The position numbers were made by a program, and so were the translations under genes. From positions 18,042,476 through 18,106,475 of the forward strand of contig NC_057719.1 of the NCBI RefSeq assembly GCF_004010195.1: a stretch of DNA of 64,000 nt. The letters are read 5' to 3'. Source of the DNA: Chiloscyllium plagiosum (taxonomy: Eukaryota). Within the stretch, counting starts at the first letter, position 1, and the number at the start of each line of letters is the position of its first letter. Shown piece by piece: positions 37,282-50,129 of this stretch. The notes under the pieces are model-generated. The model worked only from the letters and a program-made list of their open reading frames with translations, ran no database searches and was not told the origin of the DNA.

Positions 37282-40047
37282 TTGAAGTGTGTCTTCTTCA
37301 ATGCCAGGAGCATCCAGAATAAGGTGGGTGAACTTGCAGCATGGGTTGGTACCTGGGACTTCGATGTTGTGGCCATTTCGGAGACGTGGATAGAGCAGGG
37401 ACAGGAATGGTTGTTGCAGGTTCAGGATGTAGATGTTTCAGTAAGAACAGAGAAGATGGTAAAAGGGGGTGGGGGGGTGGGGGGTGGCATTGTTGTCAAG
37501 GACAGTATTACAGTTGCAGAAAGGATGTTTGTGGACTCGTTAACGGAGGTAGTATGGGCTGAGGTTAGAAACAGGAAAGAAGAGGTCACCCCTTTGGGAG
37601 TTTTCTATAAACCTCCGAATAGTTCCAGAGATGTAGAGGAAAGGATAGCAAAGATGATTCTTGAAAGGAGTGAGAGAGATAGGGCAGTTGTCATGGGGGA
37701 CTTCAACTTTCTAAATATTGACTGGGAACACTATAGTACGAGTACTATAGATGGGTCAGTTTTTGTCCAGTGTGTGCAGGAGGGCTTCCTGACACAGTAT
37801 GTAGACAGGCCAACAAGGGGCGAAGCCATATTAGATTTAGTCCTGGGTAATGGGCCTGGCCAGGTGTTAGACTTGGAAGTAGGTGAGCACTTTGGTGATA
37901 GCGATCACAATTCTGTTATGTTCACTTTAGTGATAAAAAGGGATAGGTACATAACACTGGGCAAGAGTTACAGCTGGGGGAAAAGGCAATTACGATGCAA
38001 TTAAGCAAGATTTATGAAGCATAGGATGGAGAAGGAAATTTCATGGGATGGCCACCTTAGAAATGTGGAGCTTATTCAAAGAAAAGCTCCTGTGTGTCCT
38101 AGATAAGTATGTACCTGTCAGACAGGGAGGAAGCTGTAGAGCGCGGGAGCCATGGTTTACGAAGGAAGTGGAATCCCTGGTCAAGAGGAGGAAGAAGGCT
38201 TATGTTAGGATGAGATGTGAAGGCTCAGTTAGGGCACTTGAGGGTTACAAAGTAGCCAGCAATGACCTAAAAAGAGAGCTCAGAAGAGCCAGGAGGAGAC
38301 ATGAGAAGTTGTTGGCGATAGGATCAGGGTAAACCCTAAGGCTTTCTATAGGTATTTAAGGAATAAAAGAGTGACGAGTGTAAGATTAGGGCCAATCAAG
38401 GATAATAGTGGGAAGTTGTGTGTGGAGTCAGAGGAGATAGGGGGTGGAGTCAGAGGAGATAGGGGAAGCACTTAATGAATATTTTTCGACGGTATTCACT
38501 CTAGAAAGTGACAACGTTGTCGAGGAGAATACTGAGATACAGGCTACTAGACGAGGTGGGATTGAGGTTCACAAGGAAGAGGTGTTAGAAATCCTGCAGA
38601 GTGTGAAAATAGATGGGATTTATCCTAGGATCCTCTGGGAAGCCAGGGAGGAGATTGCCGAGCCTTTGGCATTGATCTTTAAATCGTCATTGTGTGCAGG
38701 AATAGTGCCAGAAGACTGGAGGATAGCAAATGTGGTTCTCTTGTTCAAGAAGGGGAGTAGAGACAACCCTGGTAATGATAGACCAGTGAGCCTTACTTCA
38801 GTTGTTGGTAAAGTATTGGAAAAGGTTATAAGAGATAGGATTTATAATCATCTAGAAAGGAATCATTTGATAAGGATAGTCAGCACGGTTTTGTGAAGGG
38901 TAGGTCATGCCTCACAAACCTTATTGAGTTCTTTGAGAAGGTGACCAAACAGGTAGATGAGAGTAAACGGGGTGATGTGGTGTATATGGATTTCAGCAAG
39001 GCGTTCGATAAGGTTCCCCACAGTAGGCTATTGTACAAAATGCGGAGGAATGGGATTGTGGGAGGTATAGCAGTTTGGATCAGTAATTGGCTTGCTGAAA
39101 GAAGACAGAGGGTGGTGGTTGATGGGAAATATTCATCCTGGAGTCCAGTTACAGAGGTGTACCGCAAGGGTCGGTGTTGGGTCCACTGCTGTTCGTCATT
39201 TTTATAAACGACCTGGATGAGGGCGTAGAACGGTGGGTTAGTAAATATGCAGACGACACTAAGGTCAGTGGAGTTGTGGATAGTGACAAAGGATATTGTA
39301 GGTTACAGAGAGACATAGATAAGCTGCAGAGCTGGTCTGAGAGGTGGCAAATGGAGTTTAATGCGGACAAGTGTGAGGTGATTCACTTTGGTCGGAGTAA
39401 CCGGAATGCAAAGTACTGGTAAGATTCTTGGTAGTGTAGATGAGCAGAGAGATCTCGGTGTCCAGGTACACAGATCCTTGAAAGTTGCCACCCAGGTTGA
39501 CAGGGTTGTTAAGAAGGCATACAGTGTTTTAGCTTTTATTAACAGAGGGATTGAGTTCCGGAACCATGAGGTTATGCTACAGCTGTACAAAACTCTAGTG
39601 CGGCCGCACTTGGAGTATTGTGTACAGTTCTGGTCACCGCATTATAAGAAGGACGTGGAAACTTGGGAAAGGATGCAGAGGAGATTTACTAGGATGTTGC
39701 CTGGTATGGAGGGAAGGTTTTACGAGGAAAGGCTGAGGGACTTGAGGCTGTTTTCGTTAGAGAGGAGAAGGTTGAGAGGTGACTTAATAGAGACATATAA
39801 GATAATAAGAGGGTTGGATAGGGTGGACAGGGAGAGCCTTTTTCCAAGTATGGGGACAGCAAACATGAGGGGACATAGCTTTAAATTGAGGGATGATAGA
39901 TATAGGACAGTTGTCAGAGGTAGTTTCTTTACTCAGAGAGTAGTAGGGGTATGGAATGCTTTGCCTGCAACGGTAATAGATTCGCCAACTTTAAGTACAT
40001 TTAAGTCGTCATTGGACAAGCATATGGACGTACATGGAATAGTGTAG
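37282..40047 (+). pseudogene. CR1 ORF2: AP endonuclease plus reverse transcriptase (disrupted)
   Basis: NARSI, ISETW, MGDFN, LDLVL and SDHN endonuclease motifs; RPVSLTS, DFSKAFDKVPH, LGPLLF and YADDTK RT motifs; split over six or more ORFs. Confidence 0.95.
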
Positions 40048-41404
40048 GTTAGATGGGCTTCAGGTTGGTATGACAGGTCGGTGCAACATTGAGGGCCGAA
40101 GGGCCTGTACTGTGCTGTAATGTTCTATGTTCTATGTATAGTCTTGAGTGCTTCTTGATTATCTCCTGTAAATTTTGGGAAGTTTTTTTTCAAAAAGGCT
40201 GAGACAGATTTTGATGGAGACTTTTTGCATCATAGCCTAGAGACTGCTTAAACAATGAAACCGAGTCTGGGGGAGACTGAGATTGGAGTGATGATTTTAA
40301 TAGCTGAAATGAGGTGGAGGCATGTACAGTCCTACTCATACATAACGTAAGTTAAATCTTGAAATTGACCAGCTGCAGTAGGACCCTGAGGTTGTGGTCT
40401 GCTGAGCTACAATAGACTCTTAACTTGTTTCTTATCACTGGTGCAGAGGATTGAAAGATGTGCATCAGAAATCCCAAAACAGTCACTGCACTCTAATTTC
40501 TCGGGATGTTTGAACTTTCAATGACGATTTACTTGGTGTCAGGAACCCTCCCATAAATCTCTTCACTTAGGGTTGGAGACTTCGGTGGGTTTTGACTAAC
40601 TTACCCAAAGAGTTACCTGAGAAAAATTGTTAACTCATCCTCACTGCAAACATTAATATTTACTTCAGTCAATATTATCAGCCTTGAGTTAGGCAACATG
40701 AGCCAAACGCCCAAGAGAACAAATGACAATAGCTGCCATGAAGTTTATGACCACCTTCAGTAGACTCTTATTGTTTCAAAAGGCAAATAACATTCTAAAA
40801 TCCTCCATAAATATATCAGAGTCTTAGTCAGACCACATGGTTTGGAAGACAGGAATAAGCATCTCTTTTAATTAAAGCAAAAGGCTCTAATTAAAAGGCA
40901 GGTGTTTCACAGAACATGCAAAGTCCAGTTCTTGGTGGCTGAACTTAGAATGCAACTTCTCATCATATCCCAGGGCTAAAACATTTAGGAAAACAAGTCC
41001 TGCCATGACTTTCGAAATCAAAGCGCCACAAAAAACCAGCATTTAAAAAAAGCTTTGTTTGTGTAATTTTGATTGCTTTCATTTTTTTTAAATTGAATTT
41101 TGGTCATGTTCTCTCACAGTTTATGGTAAATATCCACAGTCCCCACCTATCAGAATTCACTGCCACTTTCAGTGAAGTTTGATCTGATAACATGAGTGAT
41201 AGCAGAAAGGCTTGTCTCAATAAAATATTCAGCCACATTAGGGATTGAGGCCTAAATTTCTTGTAAGATAGACAATTAATGCACCCAATAAGGTAAGTGG
41301 CACATTGTACCCATTATGTACCATAAGATTTCTACATGCCACATTGTATTGGGCTCCTCCATTGACATTCAGGATGTGCTTCATTTGTGTACCCCACAAC
41401 AGGA

Positions 41405-41780
41405 GAGATAGTAGCATGATGGTAACATCACTGACCACATAATCGAGTGACCCTAGTCAATATTCTTGGGTCATGGGTTCAAGGCCCACAATGATGGCTG
41501 TTGGCATTTAAATTGAATTAATAAAAATCTGGAATTGAAGGCAAGAGTCAGTAGTAGTGACATGAAACTATCATGGGTTGTTGTAAAAAGCCATTTTGTG
41601 CACTCATGTTCCAAGCAAATTGGCCATCCTTACATTGTTTGAACTAAAAGTGACTCCAATATGATTGATTCTCAACTGCCCTTTGAAATGGATTAATGAC
41701 CTGCTCAGTCCAAGGCTAATTAGGGATGGGTGTAAAATGCTGCCTTATCAAGGATGCCCACATACCGTCAAGCAATGAAA
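41405..41780 (+). mobile_element. Old tRNA-derived SINE with L2-like tail
   Basis: Head GTAGCATGATGGTAACATCACTG...GGGTTCAAGGCCC; tail AATTAGGGATGGGTGTAAAATGCTGCC...GATGCCCACAT. Confidence 0.7.
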
Positions 41781-43818
41781 AGACCATGACATTATTTAAG
41801 TGAGGGTCAATCAATTGAGAAAGCTCTTTTATGAAAGCTGTCCACTCAGAGTCTGCCACATCATGCAAAAAACTTGATCAACAACATATTGCACGAGTAG
41901 ACAGCATGGTCCTCTATGACTTTAAAGGGCTCACCCAATACACAGAGGTTAGTTGCAAGTTTGTTGTTTTAGGCTAATGGTTAACCATTGAATGTGTTTG
42001 CTCAATATTTACCAAATGGTTTCCCAGTATGATTGCATTTTAATGTCTCAGATGTCACGTGATAGAGTCATAGAGTCACAGACAAGTACAGCACGGAAAC
42101 AGACTCTTCGGTCCAACTCATCCATGTCAACCAGATATCCTAACCTAATCAAATCCCATTTGTCAGCACTTTGCACATATCCCTCTAAACTCTTCTTATT
42201 CATATACCCATCTAGATGCCTTTTAAATCGTACAACTGTAGTAGTCTTCACCACGTCCTCTGGCAGCTCATCCCATATATGGACCATCCTCTGTGTGCAA
42301 GAGTTTCCTCTTAGGTCCCTTTTATATCTTTCCACTCTCACCCTAAATCTATGCCCTCTTGTTCGGGACTCCCCCACCCCAGGGAAAAGTCTTTGTCTAT
42401 TTATCCTATCCATGCCGCTCATGATTTTGTAAACCTCTATAAGGTCCACCCGCAGCCCCCGACGCTCCAAGAAAAACAGCCCCAGCCTATTCAACCTCTC
42501 CCTGTAGCTCAATTCCTCCAACCCTGACAACATCCTTGTAAATTCTTTCTGAACCCTTTTAAGTTTCACAACATCCTTCCGATAGGAAGGAGACCAGAAT
42601 TGCACGCTATTCCAAAAGTGGCCTAACCAATGTCCTGTACAGCCACAACTTGACCTCCTAATTCCTATACTCAATGCTCTGACCAATAAAGGAAAGCATA
42701 CCCAACGCCCTCTTCACTGTCCTGTCTACCTATGACTCTACTTTCAAGGAGCTATGAACCTGCATTCCAAGGTCCTTTGTTCAGCAAAACCCCCAAAGAC
42801 GTTACCACTAAGTGTAGAAGTCCTGATCTGATTTTGCTTTTCCAAAATGCAGCACCTCACATTTATCTAAATTAAACTCTATCTGCCACTTCTCAGCCCA
42901 TTGGCCCACCTGATCAAGGTCCCGTTGTGCTCTGAGGTAACCTTCTTTGCTAACCATTAGACCTCCAATTTTGGTGTCATCTGCAAATTTACTAACTATA
43001 CTTCTTATGTTCACATTCAAATCATTTATATAAATGACAAAAAGTAGAGGACCCAACACTGATCCTTTTGGCACTCCACTGGTCACGGGCCTCCAGTCTG
43101 AAAAGCTCTCCACCACCACCACCTCTTCTACCTTTGAGCCAGTTCTATATCCAAATGGCTAGTTGTCCCTGTATTCCATGAGACCTAACCTTGCTAACCA
43201 GTCTCCCATGGGGAACCTTGTTGAACGCCTTACTGAAGTCTATATAGATCACATCTACCATTCTGGCCTTGTCAATCCTCTTTATTACTTCCTCAAAAAA
43301 CTCAATCAAGTTTGTGAGACATGATTTCCAATGCATAAAGCCATGTTGACTACCCCTAATCAGTCCTTGCTTTTCCAAATACATGTAAATCCTCTCTCTT
43401 AGGATTCCCTCCAACAACTTGTCCACCACCGACATCAGGCTCACTGGTCTATAGTTCCCTGGTTCTTCCTTACCACTTTTTAAATAGTGGCACCACGGTA
43501 GCCAACCTGCAGTCTTCCAGCACCTCACCTGTGACTATCAATTAACAAATATCTCTGTAAGAGGTCTAGCAATCACTTCCCTAGCTTCCCACAGTGTTCT
43601 CAGGTACACCCAATCAGGTCCACTTTTATGCATTTCAATACATCCAGCATCTCCTCCTCTGTAATATGGACATTTTTCAAGAGTTCACCATCTATTTCCC
43701 TACATTCTATATCTTCCATGCCCTTTTTCACAGTAAATACTTATGCAAAATACTCATTTAGTATCTCCCCCATCTCCTGTGGCTCCACACAAAGGCCGCC
43801 TTGCTGATCTTTGAGGGG

Positions 43819-43910
43819 ATTCTGGATCAGTGGTGCTGGAAGAGCACAGCAATTCAGACAGCATCCGATGAGCAGGAAAATCGACGTTTCAGGCAAAAGC
43901 CCTTCATCAG
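43819..43910 (-). mobile_element. 92-bp family A element inserted in CR1 ORF2
   Basis: Perfect 13-bp TSD GATCTTTGAGGGG (43806-43818, 43911-43923). Explains the foreign peptide PDEGLLPETSIF...LIQN between two PLKD copies in ORF 43741-44196. Confidence 0.95.
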
Positions 43911-43916
43911 GATCTT
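43877..43916 (-). ncRNA. Putative minimal type I hammerhead ribozyme (family A, best-preserved copy)
   Basis: AAGAUC-CUGAUGA-A-GGGC-uuuu-GCCU-GAAA-C-GUC/GAUUUU. All core nucleotides and a GUC triplet present; 6-bp helix I with one G-U; palindromic helix III ACGU. Confidence 0.75.
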
Positions 43917-45645
43917 TGAGGGGCCCCATTCTCTCCCTAGTTACCCTTTTGCCCTTCATGTATTTATAAAAACTCTTTGGAATCTCCTTAACCCTATTTG
44001 CCAAAGCTGTCTCATGTCCTCTTTTTGCCCTTCTGATTTCCCTCTTAAGTATACTCCTACTGCATTTATACTCTTCTAAGGATTCTCTTGATCTCTCCTG
44101 TCTATACCTGACATATGCTTCCTTCTTTTTGTTAACCAAAACCTCAATTTCTCTAGTCATCCAGCATTCCCTACAACTACCAGACTTTCCTTTCACACTA
44201 ACAAGAATATACTGTCTCTAGACTCTTGTGATCTCTTTTCTGAAGGCTTCTCATTGTTCAGCCCTCCCTTTACCTGCGAACATCTGCCCCCAGTCAGCTT
44301 TTGAAAGTTCTTGCATAATACTGTCAAAATTAGCCTTCCTCCTATTTAGAACTTCAACTTTTAGATCTGGTTCATCCTTTTCCATCACTATTTTAAAACT
44401 AATATAACTATGGTCATTGGTCCCAAAGTGCTCCCCCACTGACACCTCAGTCACCTGCCCTGCCTTATTTCCCAAGAGTAGGTCAAGTTTTGCACCTTCT
44501 CTCGTAGGTACATCCACATACTGAATCAGAAAGTTTTCTTGTACACACAACACATTTCTCTCCGTCTAAACCCTTAACACTATGGCAGTCCCAGTCTATG
44601 TTTGGAAAGTTAAAATCCCCTACTAGAACCACCCTATTATTCTTACAGATAATTGAAATTTCCTTGCAAATTTGTTTCTCAATTTCCCGCTGACTATTAG
44701 AGGGTCTATAATACAATCCCAATCAGGTGATCATCCCTTTCTTATTTCTCAGTTCCACCCAAATAACTTCCCTGGATGTATTCCCAGGAATATCCTCCCT
44801 AAGTACAGCAGTAATGCTGTCTCTTATCAAAAACGCTACCTCTCTCCTGCCCACCCCACCCCACCCCACCCCACCCCTCCCTGTCTATCCTGGAGCATTA
44901 ATATCCTGAAACATTAAGCTGCCAGTTTTGGTCAAACCTGAGCCATGTTTCTGCAATTGCTATGATATTCCAGTCCCATATTCCTATCCATGCCCTGAGT
45001 TGCTTGAGATTCTACAGATCTGGTCAGCTTAGAATATTTCCCATGAGTCATTTATCTTATCCCCAATACACATTTAGCCCTAAAATGTAATCACCACACT
45101 TACCTACTTCCATCTTCACCCTAGCCGATCAGCCCTTCACTTTAGTTGAAATATAATCACAGTACCAAACCCAGAGGCAAAATTAAATTTATTGAAAAAG
45201 CAAAGTCCATCTTTTTCTAATATTTAATAGAAATGGTTATGAATTGCTCTTGTACAATCTCTTGGTGCCTATCGTCTGCACTTGTTTCCCATTCTACTAT
45301 TCCTATAAAGTGTTGCCCCAATGACTATAACTGATTATTTCCTCTAAGGGCAGTTCAGTGGCCTTACTGGGTGTCTGTATGCAGCTGAGGACCTTGAGAA
45401 CTGACCTTAAATTGTGGTATGGTAACACTGTTTAAGTAGGTACTGGTTCTGGTGGGCAAAGGGATGGTTGTCATCCCAAGGAAATATTCTCCAGGCGTTG
45501 CAATCAAAGTCACTTTGCCGGAACTGACCTTCACATTTGCAGAGATTCAGGATAAAGTGTCAACACTGACCCCAGAATGAAGCTAATTGAGCAATGGTGT
45601 GAACTGTTATGGAAGTTTCCAACTAATTAGGTGCTCTCTACATTT

Positions 45646-45838
45646 GCATCAAAAAGTGTGGTGCTGGAAAAGCACAGCTGGTCAGGCAGCATGCGAGGAG
45701 CACATTCCTGATGAAGAGCTTACATTCAAACCATCAACTCTCCTGCTTCTCAGATGCTGCCTGACCGGTTGTGTTTTTCCAGCACCACACTTTTTGACTC
45801 TGATCTCCAGCATCTGCAGTCCTCACTTTCCCCTACTG
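45646..45838. mobile_element. Family A element, fold-back form
   Basis: Reverse arm 45649-45711, then CACATTC-CTGATGA (helix II eroded) and the full body. TSD TCTACATTT (45637-45645, 45839-45847). Confidence 0.85.
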
Positions 45839-46220
45839 TCTACATTTCTGTGGAGGTGATCAACGACTCCACATTAGACAGAATGGTGTCTATACTCAAC
45901 GTAATATGGCATCAGAAAATAGAGATGCCAGAGAATTGGTCAGCTTAGGATTCTTCCCATGAGTCATCCATCCCACCCCAGTGCACCTTTAATCCTACAA
46001 TATTGTCAGCACTATCACCCCTAGTTCATGCTCTGCACCATTGTGGGAAGGCTTGTTGGTAGTGTAGTACAGTATCTGGAAGTTCCTGTTGTAAGCTTTC
46101 CTCAGTAGTCCAGTCCCTCAAAGTCAGCCTCTGAGTTCTGCCAAACACATTTAGAAATAAGCCCTTTGACCTCTGTTGCCAGACACACTGACCAAAGAGA
46201 CAACCATATTGCAACAAGTA

Positions 46221-46951
46221 CAGGTGGCTCTCGTTTAAAGCATGTTTCGGTAGCATGATTTGGCTATAACGTTGCTGAAGAATTAGGGAATGATATTTTC
46301 GAGAACGCTTACCTCTATTTGCAAATGTGCATTTCCAGCTGTGATGGTTTTGCATGCTTCATTCTGCATATGCGCCGATGTCAGCTGCTGTCTGAGCATG
46401 TGAGAGGTACAGTACTATACATTGAGTAGCCTCATCTCAAAAATTAAATTGATGAATGTTAGTTGCTGTCTCTCTGAGACAAAAATATTCTTGTATAATT
46501 CCTGTATAAGCCCTGTGTAATTCCTGCAGGACTGCATTACTTTTATAATACCATTTGCCTTTCTAATTTGTTCTGGTATCTGCGTATTCCACAATCTAAA
46601 CCAACCGCTAAGAAACAGCCAGAAGACAATCAACCACAACCACCCACTTCTGCAACCACAATTGCACCTGAAGTTGGTGACGGTGATGACCCTTTGTCCC
46701 TGCATTAACAATATTTCTTCAATGTTAAATTTACTTTTGTTTAATTAAGAAACATGATTTAAACCTTCATTCAGGTTGTGCTATACTTTGTGTTAGGCTT
46801 TTGGGCAATTTTTGAGTGATTGTGAGTGATATTTTTTGCTGGTCTGCCCCAACCCCACTTTTCCCATAGGCCGCATTATTTTTATTACGTGATTTTGTAT
46901 TAAGCGAGGTTCCACTGGAATGCAGCTATGGTGTTATAGGAGAACTACAAG
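46221..46951 (+). mobile_element. Tigger/pogo-like DNA transposon, internally deleted relic
   Basis: TA on both flanks; degenerate TIRs (CAGGTGGCTCTCGTTTAAA vs reverse CTTGTAGTTCTCCTATAAC). Remnant peptide KKQPEDNQPQPPTSATTIAPEVGDGDDPLSLH* (ends 46708) resembles the acidic tail of Tigger transposases. Confidence 0.6.
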
Positions 46952-49152
46952 TATTTATTTCTAGCTCAGATTTAAAGAAAGTTGAAAAGCTGGGCTCCAA
47001 AAACCTCTACCCACTGGATGATGAAATAGCTCAAGAATGAAGTCTCCTCACTGAAGAGGGATGGCGATATCATACACCTCACACATGTCCCAGATGTAAT
47101 CAAAGAAATCCAAGCATGAGCAAGGGACTGACCCCAAAAGGATGCAAGCTGGAATGAAGCAAACCTTGGTCCAATCTAGAAACCATGTAAATGGAGGCAA
47201 CACAACATCTGGCAAATCTTCAGATTTTGTTGTGGTATACTGTAAAAATTATCTTGTCATTTGCATAATAAAAACAGTTATAACATATAATATAGAATAA
47301 CATGGTTTAGATGCTAATAGCACATTGCAAATTATATAACAACATACACATCTTATTGTCTACTACTAAATTTGTTCAGATGAAGTCCACATAGAATAAT
47401 GTCCTTGGTACTTAATGCTCCTCAAATGGTGAGCTGCCCATGTTTGTGCAAGTAATTGCCACACCATTGTAAAGGGTTCTTCTAGTCTAAATCTTAACTG
47501 AAAATAAGTTTAATTTTGTAGAGTGCTCCAGAGCAAAGCATTCCTTGGTGAAGGTATTGTTGGCCTGTGTCAGAAAGAAAAGAAGAAAATATACAAACAT
47601 GTGAAACTGATAGGATGGAAAGAACCAGTTGGTCCTTCATGCTGACCATACGAAGGGATCAATCTAAAGAAGTTGGATTTGAAAACACTGTGTGTAAGAT
47701 AAATTAAGCTTCTAGAGATGGAAGAGGCAAAAGGTGGAACATGCTGTTTTAAATAGTTGCTTTTCCAACCGTTAAATATGGAGGAATATAGCAGCACAGT
47801 AGTCCTCTCTTTAACCAGTCCAGAAGGAGGTAGGATTTGTTTCAGGCCTCAGGGGGTTGCATAAACTGCTGTCCACAAGTTTCAAGTGGTATATACTTTT
47901 AACATCAAAATAAACAACTCAGACAAGCGATGTATAGTCTAGCTCACTGTTAATGGCTAACTTGATGTGGCAGCCAATCTCATTTGCAGTTTATTGCCGA
48001 CACTCAGATCATGTTGGAGTTACCTAATGGGCTTGTTAGGACCTTCTCATATAATTAGGTGAAGATTCTTGCATCTTCATCCAAAATGTTTACTTTTGAA
48101 TTTTATTATAAAGTAGGTAATAGTTGTTCAGCACCAATGTTAATCCTTCAGTTTTGCAGTAAGGGTAAGGTGTAATGTGACATTTAACCCTGACCAAGTT
48201 GTTTGATTTATTCTCTTCATTATGTCTTTCTGTGATCATCCTTAAATGAATCGCATTGTGCACCATCGATGCTGTGACTCAAAGGAATTTCCTTGCAATG
48301 TACTTCCTCCACTAACCCAGGACTGTATATTTATTATTGTTATAATATTCCATTGCGGAACCAATTCAGCCTTGTTTTTCTCTACGTCACTGCTATGTTT
48401 TACTATTTTTTAAATAATCGGCATGCCATGCTGTAGAATAGATTGTGATACAAGAGAATCCTTTTCTCCTATATCATTCCAGCAGATTCACTCCATTAAA
48501 CCTGTGATCACACTAAGCGGTTTCTACAGTGCTGCCAAAAGCTTGGAAGGTGCCAGAGACAGGCTATCACTGTGCACAGTGAGTTCAGCTATGCTTTCCT
48601 TCAACATGTTTTTCCCCATTCCATGCCATGTTGACGATTTGCTAAATCATTGCTGACTTCACCAAGAGTGACAACTGCCTTTTCTTGCTAATATTGGCAG
48701 GGAAAGATATCCTTCACTTCTTGAACAGTATTTGAAAACAATGGCATTTAAAAAAGAAAAGGAAAATAATGCAGCCAACTGGTACAATTTAGAAGTTATT
48801 TACAACATGCTTCTGGAGCAGATGTCTGGTATGACCATCTTTAACAGTGAGATATCTGGTAACTGATGAGCAATCACAGTCCAGAGGTTTATTATGTAAC
48901 CTCCTATTCCTGCGATGGCCAATAGATAATATATTATTAAAATATTATTCAATCTAGAGTTGTGTGACTCTGTAAGAGTCAGAACAGAAAAAATAGCACT
49001 CCCTTGACAGTTTTCATGGATTGCAAAATTATGTTTTTAGATCCCTTTAGTCATAAATGTACACTTGCTATTTTCCAACTAATCTTTGCACAATAACGCT
49101 GTAACTTTAGTGCATTTTTGTGTCTGTTTTCATCTTAACTATTACTGATGAA

Positions 49153-49166
49153 GTTGCTATGGTAAC
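49153..49166. promoter_or_regulatory. RFX X-box motif
   Basis: GTTGCTATGGTAAC fits the palindromic X-box consensus GTNRCC/T-AT-GGYAAC and lies in repeat-free sequence. Confidence 0.5.
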
Positions 49167-49719
49167 AACCTCAGCTGTTCTATCTGACATTGACATCCTG
49201 CTGCTGTCTTTCCCTCTCTACAAGACATCGTACCTCTCATTTCATTAATGTAATTAATTTCAAACAAAATTGATTGCGACAGATTAGAATGTAAGTTACT
49301 ACAGATTTAAAATAATGGAGGTTAAACTGTTATTTAATGGCAACTTCAATTAAACTTGCATCCCACAACATAAGTATTCCTTATAGTTTTATTAAATATT
49401 TGAACCTTGATCCTTTTGCTTGTGTAATGTTATTGGTACTTATTTTGAATGATGTGATATTGTTATCTAAATTAGCCCTAGACTTAGACAAACCTTCTTC
49501 TTTATAGAGCAACGTTTTAACTTGAACTTCGAGATGACAGATGCTAAGTTTAGTTTCTCAGGTGAGTGACGACAACAGTCTTACTTTTTTCCCCTCAGCT
49601 TACTGTATACTTTACTGGACAAGAGTCCTTAAGTGTGATATCATCTGCAAAAGCATAAATGTTTTTCTCCCACTGGTGCTAAGCGTTACATTACAGATGA
49701 TGAACAGAGGAAATGGTCA

Positions 49720-49901
49720 GAGCTGAAAAATGTGTTGCTGGAAAAGCGCAGTAGGTCAGGCAGCATCCAAGGAGCAGGAGAATCGACGTTTCGGGCATAA
49801 GCCCTTCCTGCTCCTTGGATGCTGCCTGACCTGCTGCACTTTTCCAACAACACATTTTTCAGCTCTGATCTCCAGAATCTGCAGTCCTCACTTTCTCCCA
49901 G
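49720..49901. mobile_element. Family A element, fold-back form
   Basis: Arms 49717-49780 and 49806-49868 are near-perfect reverse complements. The loop holds the hammerhead 3' half (minus: GGGC-TTAT-GCCC-GAAACGTC). Perfect 13-bp TSD GAGGAAATGGTCA (49707-49719, 49902-49914). Confidence 0.9.
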
Positions 49902-50129
49902 GAGGAAATGGTCACTCAATGTAATCATGCTTTAAGGTCGTTTGTCCAGCTTCTGTACACTCTGTCAAGTTCCAGTTGACAAGGGTTACTTTGGTGATCT
50001 TTTGTGGTTAAATCCATTAAAAAAATGTTTGTGGAATAATAAATGATTGTCTTTTTAGGGCAGAACTGGAGTATTGCTGAACAAGATTGAATCCTTGTAG
50101 GAAGCGTGGTCCCAGCATGGCTAAACACT

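Larger units (their letters stand above)
35830..40137 (+). mobile_element. Near full-length CR1 LINE (5'UTR, ORF1, ORF2, TTCTATG tail), inactivated
   Basis: Colinear ORF1 and ORF2 fragments with several frameshifts and stops; ends ATGTTCTATGTTCTATG. The 5' boundary is approximate. Confidence 0.95.
42062..45000 (-). mobile_element. CR1 (HER1-type) LINE covering most of ORF2, 5'-truncated within the endonuclease
   Basis: Successive minus-strand ORFs: GLYYRPSNS/VGDFNFP, LDLLL, NYRPVSL, DFSKAFNKVPH, GVPKGSVLGP, FADDTK; (CTCTATGA)n tail. Confidence 0.95.

Noticed and set aside
37282..40047. Endonuclease/RT ORFs as a host or domesticated gene
   Set aside because: Multiple frameshifts and stops, a LINE tail, and many related copies in the window.
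46026..46711. Minus-strand ORFs of 109 and 98 aa as exons
   Set aside because: No recognisable protein, and most of the region lies inside a TA-flanked Tigger-like relic.
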